In this document: in pieces, positions 1-13,500 of the stretch
Position numbering within the stretch: position 1 is the stretch's first letter
How the letters are laid out: the number at the start of each line of letters is the position of its first letter
Assembly (NCBI RefSeq): GCF_001949145.1
Contig: NW_019091356.1
Location: 2,612,932-2,676,931, forward strand
Direction of reading: 5' to 3'
Length of the DNA stretch: 64,000 bases
Origin: Acanthaster planci
Lineage: Eukaryota
Position numbers and translations under genes: made by a program
Notes under the pieces: model-generated
What the model saw: the letters and a program-made list of their open reading frames with translations, nothing else
The model's database searches: none
What the model was told of the DNA's origin: nothing

Positions 1-390
1 TTGGCAATCTACTTCAGTAGCTTTCCACGTATTCCACACATATGGAGCTTAGCTTTCAGATGCTCATCGCGGACAGTATCAAACGCTTTGGAGAAGTCAA
101 ATATGGCTATGTCCACTTGTTTACCAACATTTACTGGCTCAGCCCAGTCGGTGGTTATCAAAACTAGTTGGGTAACACAAGAGTGGTGCTTTTTGAAACC
201 ATGTTTAGTTGTCAAAATGTCATGCCCTTCCACGTGTCTACTAATAATATGCAAATGAATTATATGTTGAAGAAGCTTGCATGATATTGAAGTTAAAGAA
301 ATTGGCTTATGTTCCTCAATCAGAGTATGAAATTGAAGAACCTTAGCACATAAACTTCTCACATTAAGACTAAGCAGTCGTAGAACTTGA
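1..390 (-). mobile_element. Degenerate CR1/L2-like non-LTR retrotransposon ORF2 fragment, cut by the window edge
   Basis: ORF 9..593(-) contains RT motifs PISLTSISCKLLQHII, HGFKKHHSCVTQL and QVDIAIFDFSKAFDTV...GIRGKLLK. These are preceded by the APE-endonuclease-like start LRLLSLNVRSL. Confidence 0.85.
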
Positions 391-1430
391 TCTTTGCTCT
401 TCTCTTTTTTTGTAGTGAGACTTTGTTCTTTTGCTGCAGGTGCGCGTGGATTTTGGCACTTGGGTGTCACATGTAGAATACTTTCTTGCTTGATCCAAAT
501 CACGCCCATGTAATTTGTAAGGAAATCTAACTCCACAATCACTACTAAAAGCAAGATCAACTTCCCCCAATGGTGTGTAGAAATTATCTCCACATAGGTT
601 CAAATTGATGATTGAGCCACTGAAGTTGAGAAAATCGCAGAGGATAAAACCTAGTAAATGACGACTCATTTTGATAAGTATGATTCACACTTAGTATGAT
701 ACTCATCGCTAGAGACATCACAACATTCAATAGGCGTACAATTCTGACATTTATCACACTCAAGAACTTTGTCTTCATCCCCTACTTCTTTACGACACAC
801 GGTACACGGGAAAATGGGTGTGGTAACCACAGTTTCAGTCCCCTTGGGGCCAGGTTGTATCTGGACATCACCACAAATAATGATTAACAGAAGTTTAACA
901 GCAGTGATGATCTTAGGAGACCGTTTTTGTTTTCTTCAGAATGAGAGGGCAGTGAGTAAAAAACTCAGATTATTTTTAAAGAAATAGTCAGTCCCATGGT
1001 CTTAAAGCCATAAGTCATCAGATTTAAAGAGATATGCATCAGTTTTGAAGGCGTTTCAGGAAAGATGAGATTTGATAGCGAAAGTGGAATTTCTTTGAAA
1101 TGTAACTGTACCCTGATTTCACATAACTGGGATGCAAACAAAAACTCATAGGGTTACGAACCCATAAAATGTTGCAGGGTTATAAGTCACTCGGAGTGGT
1201 GACTTGCAGTTCTGTAAGTAGGTTTGGGCTAGACACATAAACAGGGCCCCTCGATTGCGTACTCCTCTGTCATGGGCCCTGCCTTCAGATATACTGTACC
1301 TGTAGGAATACCTAGATGAATCACGTGACGAATTTGGATTAAATTTGTATAACATTGATTGCCAAATGACAAAATAATGTACGAAAAAGTAAAGCAAAGC
1401 ATAGAAATAAACAAACCAAATCCAAATTAA

Positions 1431-1919
1431 CAACTTATTAATCTATCTCTCTTAAAGCCATATCTCCCTGTGGGAACTTAAGTACAAATTTTTGGGCGTC
1501 TCCCACCCCTTCATCAGGTTTGAATGTTTGAATGTGTCGGTGAAGAACAATCCGACGCGCATTGTGTTTCCCTCGGTGAGCAGCGATGCGCGGGACCCCC
1601 GGGCATGCGTCGATGTGCTTCCAATCCCATGGAAACCGGGGTCTTCCATTTTGCATCCTTCATCTCTCTATGATTGTCTGTCCATTCCTTTCTGTTTATT
1701 TCGGGTTTAAGTTCTTCAATATACATCGATTTCCATCACCTGCCTGAGCATCACATCGTTGGGGCACCTGTTCAATATTTTTACCTTAATTTCCTGAGAC
1801 TGCCCCTCGTGTTTCTTTTGCATATGTTCGTGTAATGCTGATGACTTCCCTCTCACGTAATTCGTACTCAAGTAAGTTTCCACAGGGAGATATGGCTTTA
1901 AGATCGATATATAAGTTGT
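1431..1919. repeat. About 60-bp imperfect inverted repeats (1431-1490 and 1859-1919), probable non-autonomous foldback/DNA element
   Basis: CTTAAAGCCATATCTCCCTGTGGGAACTTA near 1451 is, with one mismatch, the reverse complement of TAAGTTTCCACAGGGAGATATGGCTTTAAG near 1873. Similarity extends on both sides. Confidence 0.7.
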
Positions 1920-3271
1920 CAGGAGAATCCCTGTACAAGGTCAGGAACATCATAAAGTGTATCAAATCCGAATTATTAACTATGGGATATACAAAGGTCG
2001 CAAATTTTTTGAGACCAGCTCTTTTGTCCGATTTCGGGCAGCTCGGCTCTGCGTATAAACCCATGGTGCTCAAAAAGGGGGTTCCCCAGCAGCAAGGGGT
2101 GAAGTCCCAGGCCAGGCTTCAAGTGGAGCAAGTGACCTAAAATAGCCCCCAGGTTCAGCGCCCAAAAACCCCTGAAATTTGAAAGGCCAGGAGCTGTTTT
2201 TAGCTTCTGGGCCAAAAAGCTTAATGTCAACCCCTGGTATAGTGCCATGGCATACAAGGCCTGTTCCCTGTACAGTACTATCCTAAACCGTGGAGCAACT
2301 TTTGCACGTCGAACCAGAGTTGTATTTAGAGAGACAAGCGCTAGCTTCAGATTTTGGAAACAAAATGGCTGCTCTTTATGTCAACAGCAGAGTGCATGGC
2401 TACTGCACACCAACTGTCCGTGTGCATTGATACATAGACGTACATGCACACCTGCCAGTTTGTTTCCAACAGTGGTGGCAGTCTTGTTGCAACTTTCTCT
2501 GTACACAGCTCTTCACTGAGTCACTGTGCATAATTATGCTTCACAGATGTGTGTGAACTGTATGTGTGGTCGAAAGTGCGGCTTGTCGAGTTTGCAGCAT
2601 CTTGGTGAAATGCCTTTCTTTGTTTTTTCTTCAGTTTTGGAGATGTTTTGGGGGAGTTCAGGATTTATGGATATGAATGAATATTAACAGCTTTTCATAA
2701 GCCAATTACATAAATGGAGATATGAATAATTCATTTAGCAGATAATCACCAGCTTCTACATACTAGGAGAGGGATATACAAGTAAACTGCATTGTACATG
2801 GGTCCACATGGTGTAACCACATGTATGTACACGTAGGTCTGCAACTACATGACAGCAAATGTTAGTCATTTTCTTAACATTAATTCGTGTTTATCTGTAT
2901 TTCATTCAGTTGAAATGTAATGGGATCACATGATTGACGACATTTGCCTGAAGAAGTTCTTGGAGCACTCAGTACAGCAATGCACACTGGGAAATCAAAG
3001 ACTTTCACTCACAGTAAGGGCCGCCACGGTAGCATTCCCTGACTGATGGTTAAACACAACTTGTGTCACCCACTGACCAATGGAATGTGGTTTTCACAAT
3101 GTTTGAGATTATCATTACCCCAATGGGTTTCGCTGGCTTGTTCAAAACCATGAAAGTGTTGGGTTACCATCTGGTCTTGTTAACGCATGTGTTGCACATG
3201 CATGCATGTGTGACGCGCTAAGTATGTACATACATGTACCTGTGAACATGTTTGTGTAGGCACACAACACG

Positions 3272-3568
3272 AGCCATGCACACAGCGCGGCTTGTAACGG
3301 TGATACCTATTTGTGCAGCTTAGAGGCACTGTTGAAGGATTTTTATCATCAGCAGGTCAGCTCTGTCGACAATGCTTTAAATAGCGTCTAAATCAGTTGC
3401 AAATGCCACCAGATTTCACAAGCCATGCACACAGCATGGCTTGTAACGGTGATACCTGTTTGTGCAGCTTAGAAGCACTGTTGAAGGAATTTTATCATCA
3501 GCAGGTCAGCTCTATCGACAATGCTTTAAATAGCATCTAAATCAGTTGCAAATGCGAGCAGATTTCAC
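3272..3568. repeat. Tandem duplication, 2 copies of a 149-bp unit
   Basis: AGCCATGCACACAGC...CAGATTTCAC starts at 3272 and at 3421, with few substitutions between copies. Confidence 0.95.
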
Positions 3569-4528
3569 GGCCTCCATCTGCGACTTAAGATAGCTCAAAA
3601 ACTACACACAAAATGTACTTGAACAATTTTGAGTATGCTTTTAAAAACATCAAAAAAGCAATGATTATTATATTCTCAAAATTCGTTCCAGAAAGGTAGA
3701 AAAGGCATTGCAAGTCGCTATGTGAATTTGACACTTAATGTGTGCGCTGTACATGTACATGTGTCGCAATCCCATGCACATGTTGGTTGGTTCCCGATCT
3801 AAACATACGTTGTTGATGCACTGCGTAAGGACACCAGGGCCATTTATAAATCACGGCATGGGCTTTTTTTTTGCTGCAACCTAAAATGAAGCCTGATACA
3901 GAGCTCATACCAGAATTGCTGTGATTTAGAGTGTGATTCGTGCAGCAGGGTGTCTTGCAAAACGCTGAAACTATGGACATCATAATGTTCATGGCTGAAC
4001 CCCTTGGCGACCACGAGAACCCTGATAGATACATGTACATGTGCTTGTTTTGTGGTGTATGTTTGCCGGGCTGGGCTTGGATGACATATTTATACTACAT
4101 GTGTGTACGTATGTTCATGAATATTCAGCGCACGTGATTACTAAATTTTCGTAAAAGTGCCGGCGCCTAGATTTTTCCCCATTAGGAGCCAGTGGCCACC
4201 AACCAATTTTTTTTTCTGTTTAAAGGGTTTTCTATTGACAATAAGACAAGCCCAGTGCCATGATCAAGACTGACGAGCAAATGGCTTTCGGGTGGACTGG
4301 TAAATGGGCGAGGTGCTTATTGGCGAAGTGGTTAACAGTCAAAGTGACCCACAGTGTCTCCTGAAATTTATCCTATCTCATCGGTCGTTTCACAGTGCTA
4401 CCACCCATCTTCCATTTTGCAGCTCCTGCCAGTCACACCTCCAAGTGGCAGTGCCATAGTTCCAAGGCACTGCGGAAGGAGTTGGTTGACAAGGACAAGC
4501 ACTGCAGCGGTGAGCACCACCAGCCGCC

Positions 4529-7500
4529 ATGTCGCTGATAATGAAGATCCAGCAGCTGCAGGGCCCAGCCATACAGCAGATGCAGCTGCTGTACCAGCAG
4601 AACCGGTTCCCCCTTGAGGTCCGCTACTACTGCGCACCGTGGATCGAGGCCCAGCAGTGGTGGGTTCAGCTTCCATGAGCAATACCTCATTTACAAAATA
4701 ACAAGGAAAACAGCATTTTTGCTTATTTGGTTGGGGCCGTCTTCAAAAGTCTTTCAACTTATCCCCAGAGGGTTCTGTCTGTAGAAGAGGAAGGAGAGAC
4801 CCATATCAAGGAGTAGGTGATGAAAAAAATCACTTATAGTTTTAGATTTGGGAGGAAACTCCATACAAACATTCGGGAGGGAGGGAAGGAGGATGAACCC
4901 CACAGACTCTGGTAGGGACTGGAAACTTTGATCCAGTTGCCGGGATTTCAAACCCGGGCAAAAGGGCGAGGAAAGAACTGTGGCGTCAACTCGACTTGTA
5001 CTTTTCTCTTGCAGGGGGAACATTGACGTGGACAGCCCCAGCAGCGAGCCGGCCGCCACCATCCTGCTACAGCAGCTGGTGCAGCAGATCAACCAGAAGG
5101 CGGAGGCGCTGACGGGAGAAGATAAGTTCTTCCTCCGCATGAAGCTGAGCAACTTTGCCACCGAGCTCTATGTGAGTGTCAGCACTCGGCTCTTTACCTT
5201 TGCTGTAGTCGAGTCCCACGCAAGTCCTTTTCCTATTCACACTCACGAGTCCTTCCACAAGAGGAACACGGTCAGTAGTGATAAAAGAAGGCTTGTCAAA
5301 ATCCATAGGAAAACCCCGTGACGTCGCTAAAGACTACATGGCTTATGATGGACTAAAAGGTGTAAAGGACGACACGACAGGATTACCATGTATTCTTAGA
5401 CTCTTTCCTGTTCACAAACATTGCCTACCGTTTGGTGCAGGGGTCAAAATGTGGAGAATGTTGACCCTTAGTTGGCAAGGGCTTTTGCCTCAAAATTCGT
5501 TCAGTTCGAAGAAGGGAGGTATTTTCATTAAGCACTTATAAATAGTATTTGTTGTCGTTTTAAGAGTTGTGCACTGTTTCGTTTAAGACTTTGTGAATCA
5601 CTTGTTTGCTTTTGCATTGATGGCCTGCCAACCATTGGTAAGCAAAGCTATGACTGAGATAAAGTAGGAGAAACGAGAATCTGAAGTTGTTTTTTTTTTG
5701 AGCAGGCTGGCAAGATAAAACTAATGTACAGTTTGTAGGTTTTCTACATCTCACTAGTCTGTTTTGGTTGCTGCAGGAGACATACGGCAATGACTCGCTC
5801 AAGTTTGTAAGGGTTGTCCGTCATTGTCTTGAGAAGGAACAGAGGCTGGTGGACCAGGACACAGTGAGTATAAACATTTTCTGCTCGGAAATGTTACAGT
5901 TGGCTTCCAGAGAGGAAAGAAATTGCTGTGCGGCCACAAAAGCTTGGCTTGAGAAAGTTGCACGACCATCGGTTATGCATACCGTAAATTATGGCCTTAC
6001 AAGTAGCGTGATTTTTGCCGGTGTCTTGATGTTGGACCTGTGCCCAGCAAGTGTTCTGAGTTTCCTTTGCATTTTTTTTGAAGGTTTTGTCTGTCACTTC
6101 CTTTCACTGACCTCAACTTCCAAAAAAAAAACCCCAGTGCCGCGTATAATTTTCCAATATGTCTGTTTTTTTTTTTGTTCAGAATGGCTTGCAGGACAGC
6201 TTGGAGCAGGTCATGCCCGTGTCTGATGCACACAATGAGATTGAAAGCACACTGCAGAACCTGAAGTACAAAACTCAGGTGAGTTTGTCTGACTTGATTT
6301 ATGGATTGGTCGCCAAAGCATCACTGTCACATACACGTGCATGTACGCCATTTCACCAGATTTGTCTTTGTTTCAGATTTAGACATCCAAAGGATGTTGG
6401 TTTTGTTTCATATCACAGAAGTGTTGTTGCTTACCAATTTTAAAGCATAGCGACAGGTGTTTCCAGGAAACAAGACCGATGTTCAAACTCGTTAACATTT
6501 GGAGAACATTATAATTTTTAGGTCATCATGGACTACACATCCCCACCAGGAAATTTGTGGACATGGTTGAATTTACTATTTAGAAGGGACCTGATAATCA
6601 GCAATTACCTTCATTGGTATTCATCCTGGCCTTGTAGTTTTAACAGAGTGCTAAAGTTGCAGCTGGATTTCATAGATGCTTAATTTTTTGGGGGGGTCTG
6701 GTCTCGTGAACTTGCATTCATGTGTTTGGTGTACCCCTTCTGGTCACTATTACGCCCCTATGGTTTATGCAAATATTGTGTCCCCATAATGCCGATGTTA
6801 TTACATGGGTATTGAACTGTCAAAATCTCTGGACTTAAAAAGGTAAAAAATGTCCGTTTGTGCTCAGACCCATAAGTGTCTTGAAACCAAGTATGCTTTT
6901 CGATCATAATTTAGTCAGTTACCTTAAGGATGGCTGCAAATGTGGGACTGCACCTTTAAGAGAGTAATGTTGCAGTGAAACTTAAGCAGAGGAAATTGTG
7001 AAATATATTTAGGTCAGGGGTTACATTTTTTTGACAGAGTGTGAACAACAGATGTTGCCCATACAGAGTATTGGACATGCTTCTGTGAGCTGGGGGGGGT
7101 TGGGAAACGTGTGATAAATCACCCTCTTTATGACTGCCAAAATATTCATAATATCCAGTACTCTGCTAGGAACAGTGTGAAATGACATAATCTGGGATGA
7201 TATATGCGGTGCTGTACAATTCTTTTCACGTTACTTTGACTATTGTGTTGCCGGTTGACAAGTTTTCTTTTTATCCCTTCAGAGTGTGAAAGAAAGAGAC
7301 CGTGTCTTGTAATCCATGTACAACCTTTAGTGACTACACATAGGTTATTTTCTGGCTTCTTGTGCGCATTGCGCAGGGCAGCGGGCCAAATTGTAAGGTT
7401 ACATGTGAAGCACTAAGCCCACTCCTGGCTCCCGGTCAGATATTACTGTAACCACAGCTTGCAAGTATAGTTCAGTTTACTCAATTAATTGATGGGCATA

Positions 7501-10500
7501 TTGATCGATTATTCCATTTCGTTGTTTTATTAAGTTAATTAAAGAATAACTTTGTGACAAGAGAGACCTTTCTTCAGATGGTGACAGAGCATGGCGAAAA
7601 GTTCCTCAAACCCAACATTTGGAAAAAAATCTCAAGAAAGGAATTTCGGCCTTTAAAACACGAAGAAAGGTCATAGTTGAAAAGTGGAGGTTGATGAAGT
7701 GACTTGTAAAGGTGCATTAGCAGAAGGACCACCCTCACCCCCAAAAAATCCACAAGATGGACTGCTTGCTTCTGAGTTCTTCATTGTCGATTGAATCCAG
7801 AGTAAAAAACAGAGAACAAAAGAAAACTCAGTCACATGATCAGTCGGAAAGTGAATAATAACCCCCCAAAAAACACCCCCCCCCTAAAAAGAAAAACTTG
7901 CAGGCCTTCACAGCTGTATCTAGCTATGGAAGCTCGCTAATATATGTGAGCTTGTTCAAAGGAGTGGACCAGCTGTGATTTCAAGCCAGTGTAGCTTCCA
8001 CCGTTCCTGGCATGCCTATTATCACACGGCCCGGAGCCACGAGAATTCCCTTCCATTCAAGCAGCCGGGTCTCAAATTTAGGAGAAAAAAAAAAGCCTAT
8101 AAAATAACCCACGCAAACACTACCAGCTTTTTCCAGATACGGTTTAATAGATGCTACCCCCGCAAGTTTTTTTTTTAAATTGAAAATGCTTTTGCGTAAA
8201 GCAGCGGCTTGTTTTGTCATCAATTCACCATTCCAGGAACTAACCAACCGTTGAATGTCAATGATAATTTGATTTGTTCTTTTCTCTCTCTTTCTCTTTC
8301 TCTCTCTCTCTCTCTCTCTTTTTTTTGCCTCCATCAGGCCCAAGAGAAATTTCTTGGTGACATGCAACAGAAGCAGGAACTGTTTGCCGTCCAGTTGCAG
8401 GAAAGGAGGTGTATGTTGGAAAGTAAGCTCTCGCCCTGAAATTTATGGCCCGTGCCAGTGGGAATTTTCATTTCTTGTTACAGCCTGCTGCAGAGTGGTA
8501 TGTGGCAGGACCTATCCCACCTTTCTGCTTGGAAGCCTCTGTTGTGCTTCAAAAGTGCCATTAAGGCCCTTCCACAGCTGTGAAATAAAAAAAAAGGCTG
8601 TCACCTTGTCAATTCTTTTTTGAGTTTGTCAGGGATGTTTTTTTTTTCATTGCTGAAAATGTGTTGCTTCCATATGCCTGATGTACTTGGCGTTAATGCC
8701 TGTATAGACATATATAATAGTTCTCTTTTCAAATTGTAAGCTTAGAAATACATCTCACAGGAACAGTTTTGATGTTATGTTTACTGGCTGACTGGCTGCT
8801 TCTCGGAAAAGCACTTTTTTGGGTTTTGCTAAGTGTGTTGGTAACTCTCGGGGCTGGGCACGACGTCCCTTGCCTGCTGATGTGTTTGAAGTTTACCGCC
8901 CCCCGACCTTTGACCCATTTGCAGATACGTTGGCTTCGCTTCAGCAGCAGTACCCCCAGCAGGACGACCCCAACAGGAGGGCGGAGTTTGCCCGCTTCAG
9001 TCAGAAGAAGCTGGAACTGAACTCGCTGGTCCAGAATGAAGCCCAACAGCTCATGGGTTTGAGAATGGTAAGGCCACGCACAAAAAAGTTACGTTTCCTC
9101 TTTCGTGAAAAAGAGGACGGGGAAAACATTTTTTTGTGTTGGTGCGAAAATTTGTGGCCAAAAATATCAGGGTGAAGTGTTTTTTGCACTTTGTAAAAAA
9201 TAAACTTCCCAAAAATGTCCTTTTGTGTCTAAATTCATCTTATTGTCAGGTTGTTTTGTTACTTCTAGTTGGTTGGTGCCTCTTTGGTTATTGTGATAAT
9301 GAGTAGTTCTATATTTACGAGCAAAACTGTAATATCCTAGGAAGAAATATCAATGGTACACTGATTTGTGTAACAAAACATTCTTGATTATTTTTTTATC
9401 TCTTGCTAGCCAAAAAGTTCTTTTCTTTGACGAATCATGTTGTTTATTAGACTGTGGCTGTAAGCCAGTGAGCAACCTTGTCTCAGAAATCTTTTTTTCA
9501 GTGAGCAAAGTTGACTTTGAACAGTAATCATACAAAATGAACAGTGTTTTCTCTTTGACATCCCACTAACAGTGCCCGCAATTGTCCTCAATAGCTTCAA
9601 CAGTTTTCAATGTTTAAACAAGTGCACTTTTCAATAAATTTGACCCCGAAAGGATGTCAGATAGTTTTCAAATGTAGACGAGGAATAAAGTTGCGTAGAA
9701 AGTCAGTCTGTGAAAAATTCGTAAAATTCTCTGACTCTATACTATTAATATTCATTTTGCTCCCTCATCCCATCTTCTCCCGTGCCCTGTCCTTTCCCTT
9801 TTGCCTCAGCAACTGGCCAAAATGCACCAGGAGACCTTCATGATGCTCAGCAACGTGCAGAGCAAGGTCCTGGGCGATGAGCTGAAGATCTGGAAGCGGC
9901 AGCAGCAGCTGGCCGGCATCGGAGGCTCACCGGAGGGGTCCCTGGATGTCCTACAGTCCTGGTGGGTGCCGCCTTCCAAGACCCTTTCGTAATCTTAGGG
10001 ACTTGGAAATAGAGACTCGGCATCAGCGCTTGAGGCAGCACCGTCAGTGTTTTGAACCGCGAGTCAGAGAATTGTACAAGTCTATATACTGCTGCCGATT
10101 TAGAGATTGTTGTTCTTGTGTGCTCTCTGTTGCGACAGGTGTGAAGCCCTGGCTGAGGTCACATGGCAGAACCGGCAGCAGCTGCAGCGGATTGAGATGC
10201 TCAAGCAGCAGGTGCCCATGAACGCACCGGCCCAGGACGTGCCGGACCTCAGCAACAACTTCACGGGCCTGCTGTCGGCCCTGGTCAGCTCCACCTTCGT
10301 CATTGAGAAGCAGCCGCCCCAGGTCTTGAAGAAGGAGACAAGATTCTCGGCCGCCATCAGGTATGAAGGCGTGCGATGAACGTGTTTCCACAAGAGTGAT
10401 AGATTAATTGCCAGCAGTCTCCTGCTTCGACATAGGATCTCTTTGGCCTTTTTGTCTACCCCTGCAAGAATGTATAGCATCTCAACCTTATCTTAAAAAA

Positions 10501-13500
10501 TGCCACGCGCCGCAACCCAGTAGTCGGCACCTGTTCTGTCTGTCTATCTCAGTGGACTCTGTTTGGACTGTCTCTTCAGTGTAATTTTTCTTTCTCCTCG
10601 TTAAGATTGCTGGTAGGCGGCAAGCTGAACGTTCACATGAACCCGCCCCAAGTCAAAGCCACAATTATCAGGTAAGACAAAATACCTCCCCCTTACCAGA
10701 CAACCCTTTTGCCTTCATACAGCCGTGACACAAAAGTGTCACTTTGGAAAAAAAAATCACTGTTTGAGCTCAAACGGCAGTTTTTGTAATAGAAAGATAC
10801 CTGTGGCCAGAAAGCACTGGGTAACTCCACCCAGCGACGTGCTCAAGATGCTTATACATTTGATTTCGTGGAAAGATTTCCATACCGAGACATCACGAGA
10901 CACCCTTTGCACAAACCATTTGAGACAGGTCTGACAAAAGTGGGTTCCTCATCATTGCTTCAATTTTTCCCCACTGAATCTGACCTTTTATTGTCTTCTG
11001 ATGGCCGACGAAACTGAGGGGAAATGTTGGTGATGTGCTTGAGTGTGGAATTCTTTCTTATCAGTGAGGCACAGGCGAAGGATATGCTCCACAACGAAAG
11101 TGCCAACTTTAACGAGACCAGCGGGGACATCATCAACAACTCGGGCGTTCTGGAGTACCACAAGGATTCCGGAGTCCTAAACGTCACCTTCAGAAACATG
11201 GTAAGAAAATTTGTCGTTTATATGCGCAATACCCGAATTGTTTATATGTGTTGGTTTGTGTTGCCCAAATATATCAAGTCACTGTTGACTTGATCTTACA
11301 TGCAGGTCGTCAGGGGAAATACGTTGAGGTTCCGTTTAGACATTTATAGTATTAATTTTGTTACACATTAGCATGTGATGTTAAAGCAAAAATAGTTTGA
11401 TATGTGATTTCCAGGTGGTTTTTAGATTTATTGTATTGTATTGCCCTTTTGTTCTCCAGTCCCTGAAGAAAATTAGAAGGGCTGACAGAAGAGGACAGGA
11501 GGTGAGTAGTCTGGTCACCAGACCAAAAGGTTCTGACTGTTTAGGAGAATCTTGCGATGCAGTAGCCACCACTGTCACCAGGCCCAAAGAAAATTCATTC
11601 CTTTTCAGAAAAATGTCTTGAATTTTGGAGACATTTGTCAAACTCCTTTTAGGTTGAATTTCAGTTGTCATCATAAAGGTTTGTAAATAGGCACAACACG
11701 TGAATCAACCTTTTCCCATCCAAGAATAATCCATTTTTGTAGTGGACTATTTTGGTTGCCGTGGTTACCTGACCTAACATCCAGGATGGGAGGACTGTAG
11801 GGCAGGGAACCAGACTAGGAGTGGGGACCAACAAGACAGATTTACAAACCAAATATAGAAGAAGAGTGATTGAAGGGAACCAATGCAGTGATCCCTCTGA
11901 AAAATTCTCTGACAATAGTGGGGCATTTTTTTTTCTTCATATTTTTGTATATCCACAAAAAAGACATTTTGAGAGTGTCATAGTTGGTGTCTTGGGTTTG
12001 AGATGTTGAAATTGTGTCGGGGGAGGAGTTTAATATTACCAAAAAAATGGACTGCGGAAAAATTGAAACGATGCGTTTCTATCCAAACCTGTGCAGGCTT
12101 ACCCAAACTGAGCACTTTTTTGCCCATCTGTTTTGGTTGTCCAATCCTCCAGTTTGTGACGGAAGAGAAGTTCACGTTACTGTTCCGGTCCAATTTCTCG
12201 GTGGCCAGCGGTGAATTGATGTTTCAAGTCAGAGTAAGTAGAGCAGAGGATGGGAGTCCCCCCTCCCCCCGTCAGAAATGGAATGAACCTGACATCAAAG
12301 CTTGTTATGAAATACACATTCAACCTGTGGTCGGTGTCGGGTGTCGGGTGGCGGTGGCGGTTATTTAAAATGATTTGAATATAATTTTCATTTCAAAATG
12401 ACTGGCCTCTTGACTGGTCCCGTGATGTTGGCTGCAGTGATCAACTGCAAATATGGTCTCAACATGAAAGTGTTCTCAACTTATGCTACCTTTACCTTGT
12501 TTTTATAATTGTTATGAAACTGTCGCGCATCCTCACGTTTATGTTTCAAGATCATTGAAACTGTCAGTGTTTTCTAAAAGGGACTTTTAAAAAACTATAT
12601 ATTGCTTGATTTCTGTTATCCCAACTCTATGGGTATTTTTGCACTCAAATCTTCCCCCAAACTTGTGCTGTATTCTGAGAGCAATGACATATTTATATTG
12701 AGCATCAGTACTTGGGCGTTTGATCCCAAATCTATCAAAATCCCACAGAATCATTCATTTGGTATTTAGTCAGAACTGGGCAGTTACGTGTAAGGCTAAT
12801 GTAACTTTTTTTTTCCATGTGATGTATTATGAATGCAGCTTGGTCAATACTGTGTATAACTTAATTGAACTTTTTGTTTGGTTGGTTTTTGTTTCCAATG
12901 TATCGTTGGTTTTTGGATGGGATCTAACTGGATTTGTATTTTCAACAGATTTTTGTCTGCTCTTCTTTCCTAACTCGATCGCAAACTTAACCACGATCAC
13001 GTGGTCTGTTTGGAGGAAAAAGTTGTTTCCAGTAACTTGACTGACAATAAAATTTGGCTGTATACGAACTGGCAGTTTATTGAAGTCTAATTTTTAAAAT
13101 TCATTTGATGAAAACATACTCGGAAACAAAGTAATTCTACAATTAAGATTTCCCTCTTATTGGAGCAGATTCATTAGTAAGTACTTTCGTTTAAGCATAA
13201 GAACACTAGAACCACGTAGAAATGTTTGAAAGCCATTCTCAGTTATTCCTGCCCATTCAGCAAGCTTTGAAATCATTTCTGAGCGGATGAGGGCAACCAA
13301 GGTAAAGTTTCTTGCTCTTGCTTGGGACAGCAAACGTATTGATCCCTGTGAGGGTTTAAAAAACACTCGTATTCAGACACCAGTCAAGACATTTTGGACC
13401 CTTTTTTGGGCCAGTGTTACCGGAAACACATTTTTTTTTTTCTTCTTTGATCTGTGCTTGTCCGCTGCACTGTGCAGCAGGTGAAACTACGACGCTCGGA

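Noticed and set aside
7578..7670. Open stretch after an AG ([11 protein letters not shown]...) resembling exon 5 (AQEKFL)
   Set aside because: Only four residues match and the donor is weak, so it is not a convincing duplicate exon.
12949..13031. Peptide NLTTITWSV, faintly like [10 protein letters not shown], as a third exon-13 copy
   Set aside because: It is out of phase with the nearby acceptor (the phase-0 frame hits TAA) and lacks SLPVV/HGNQ.
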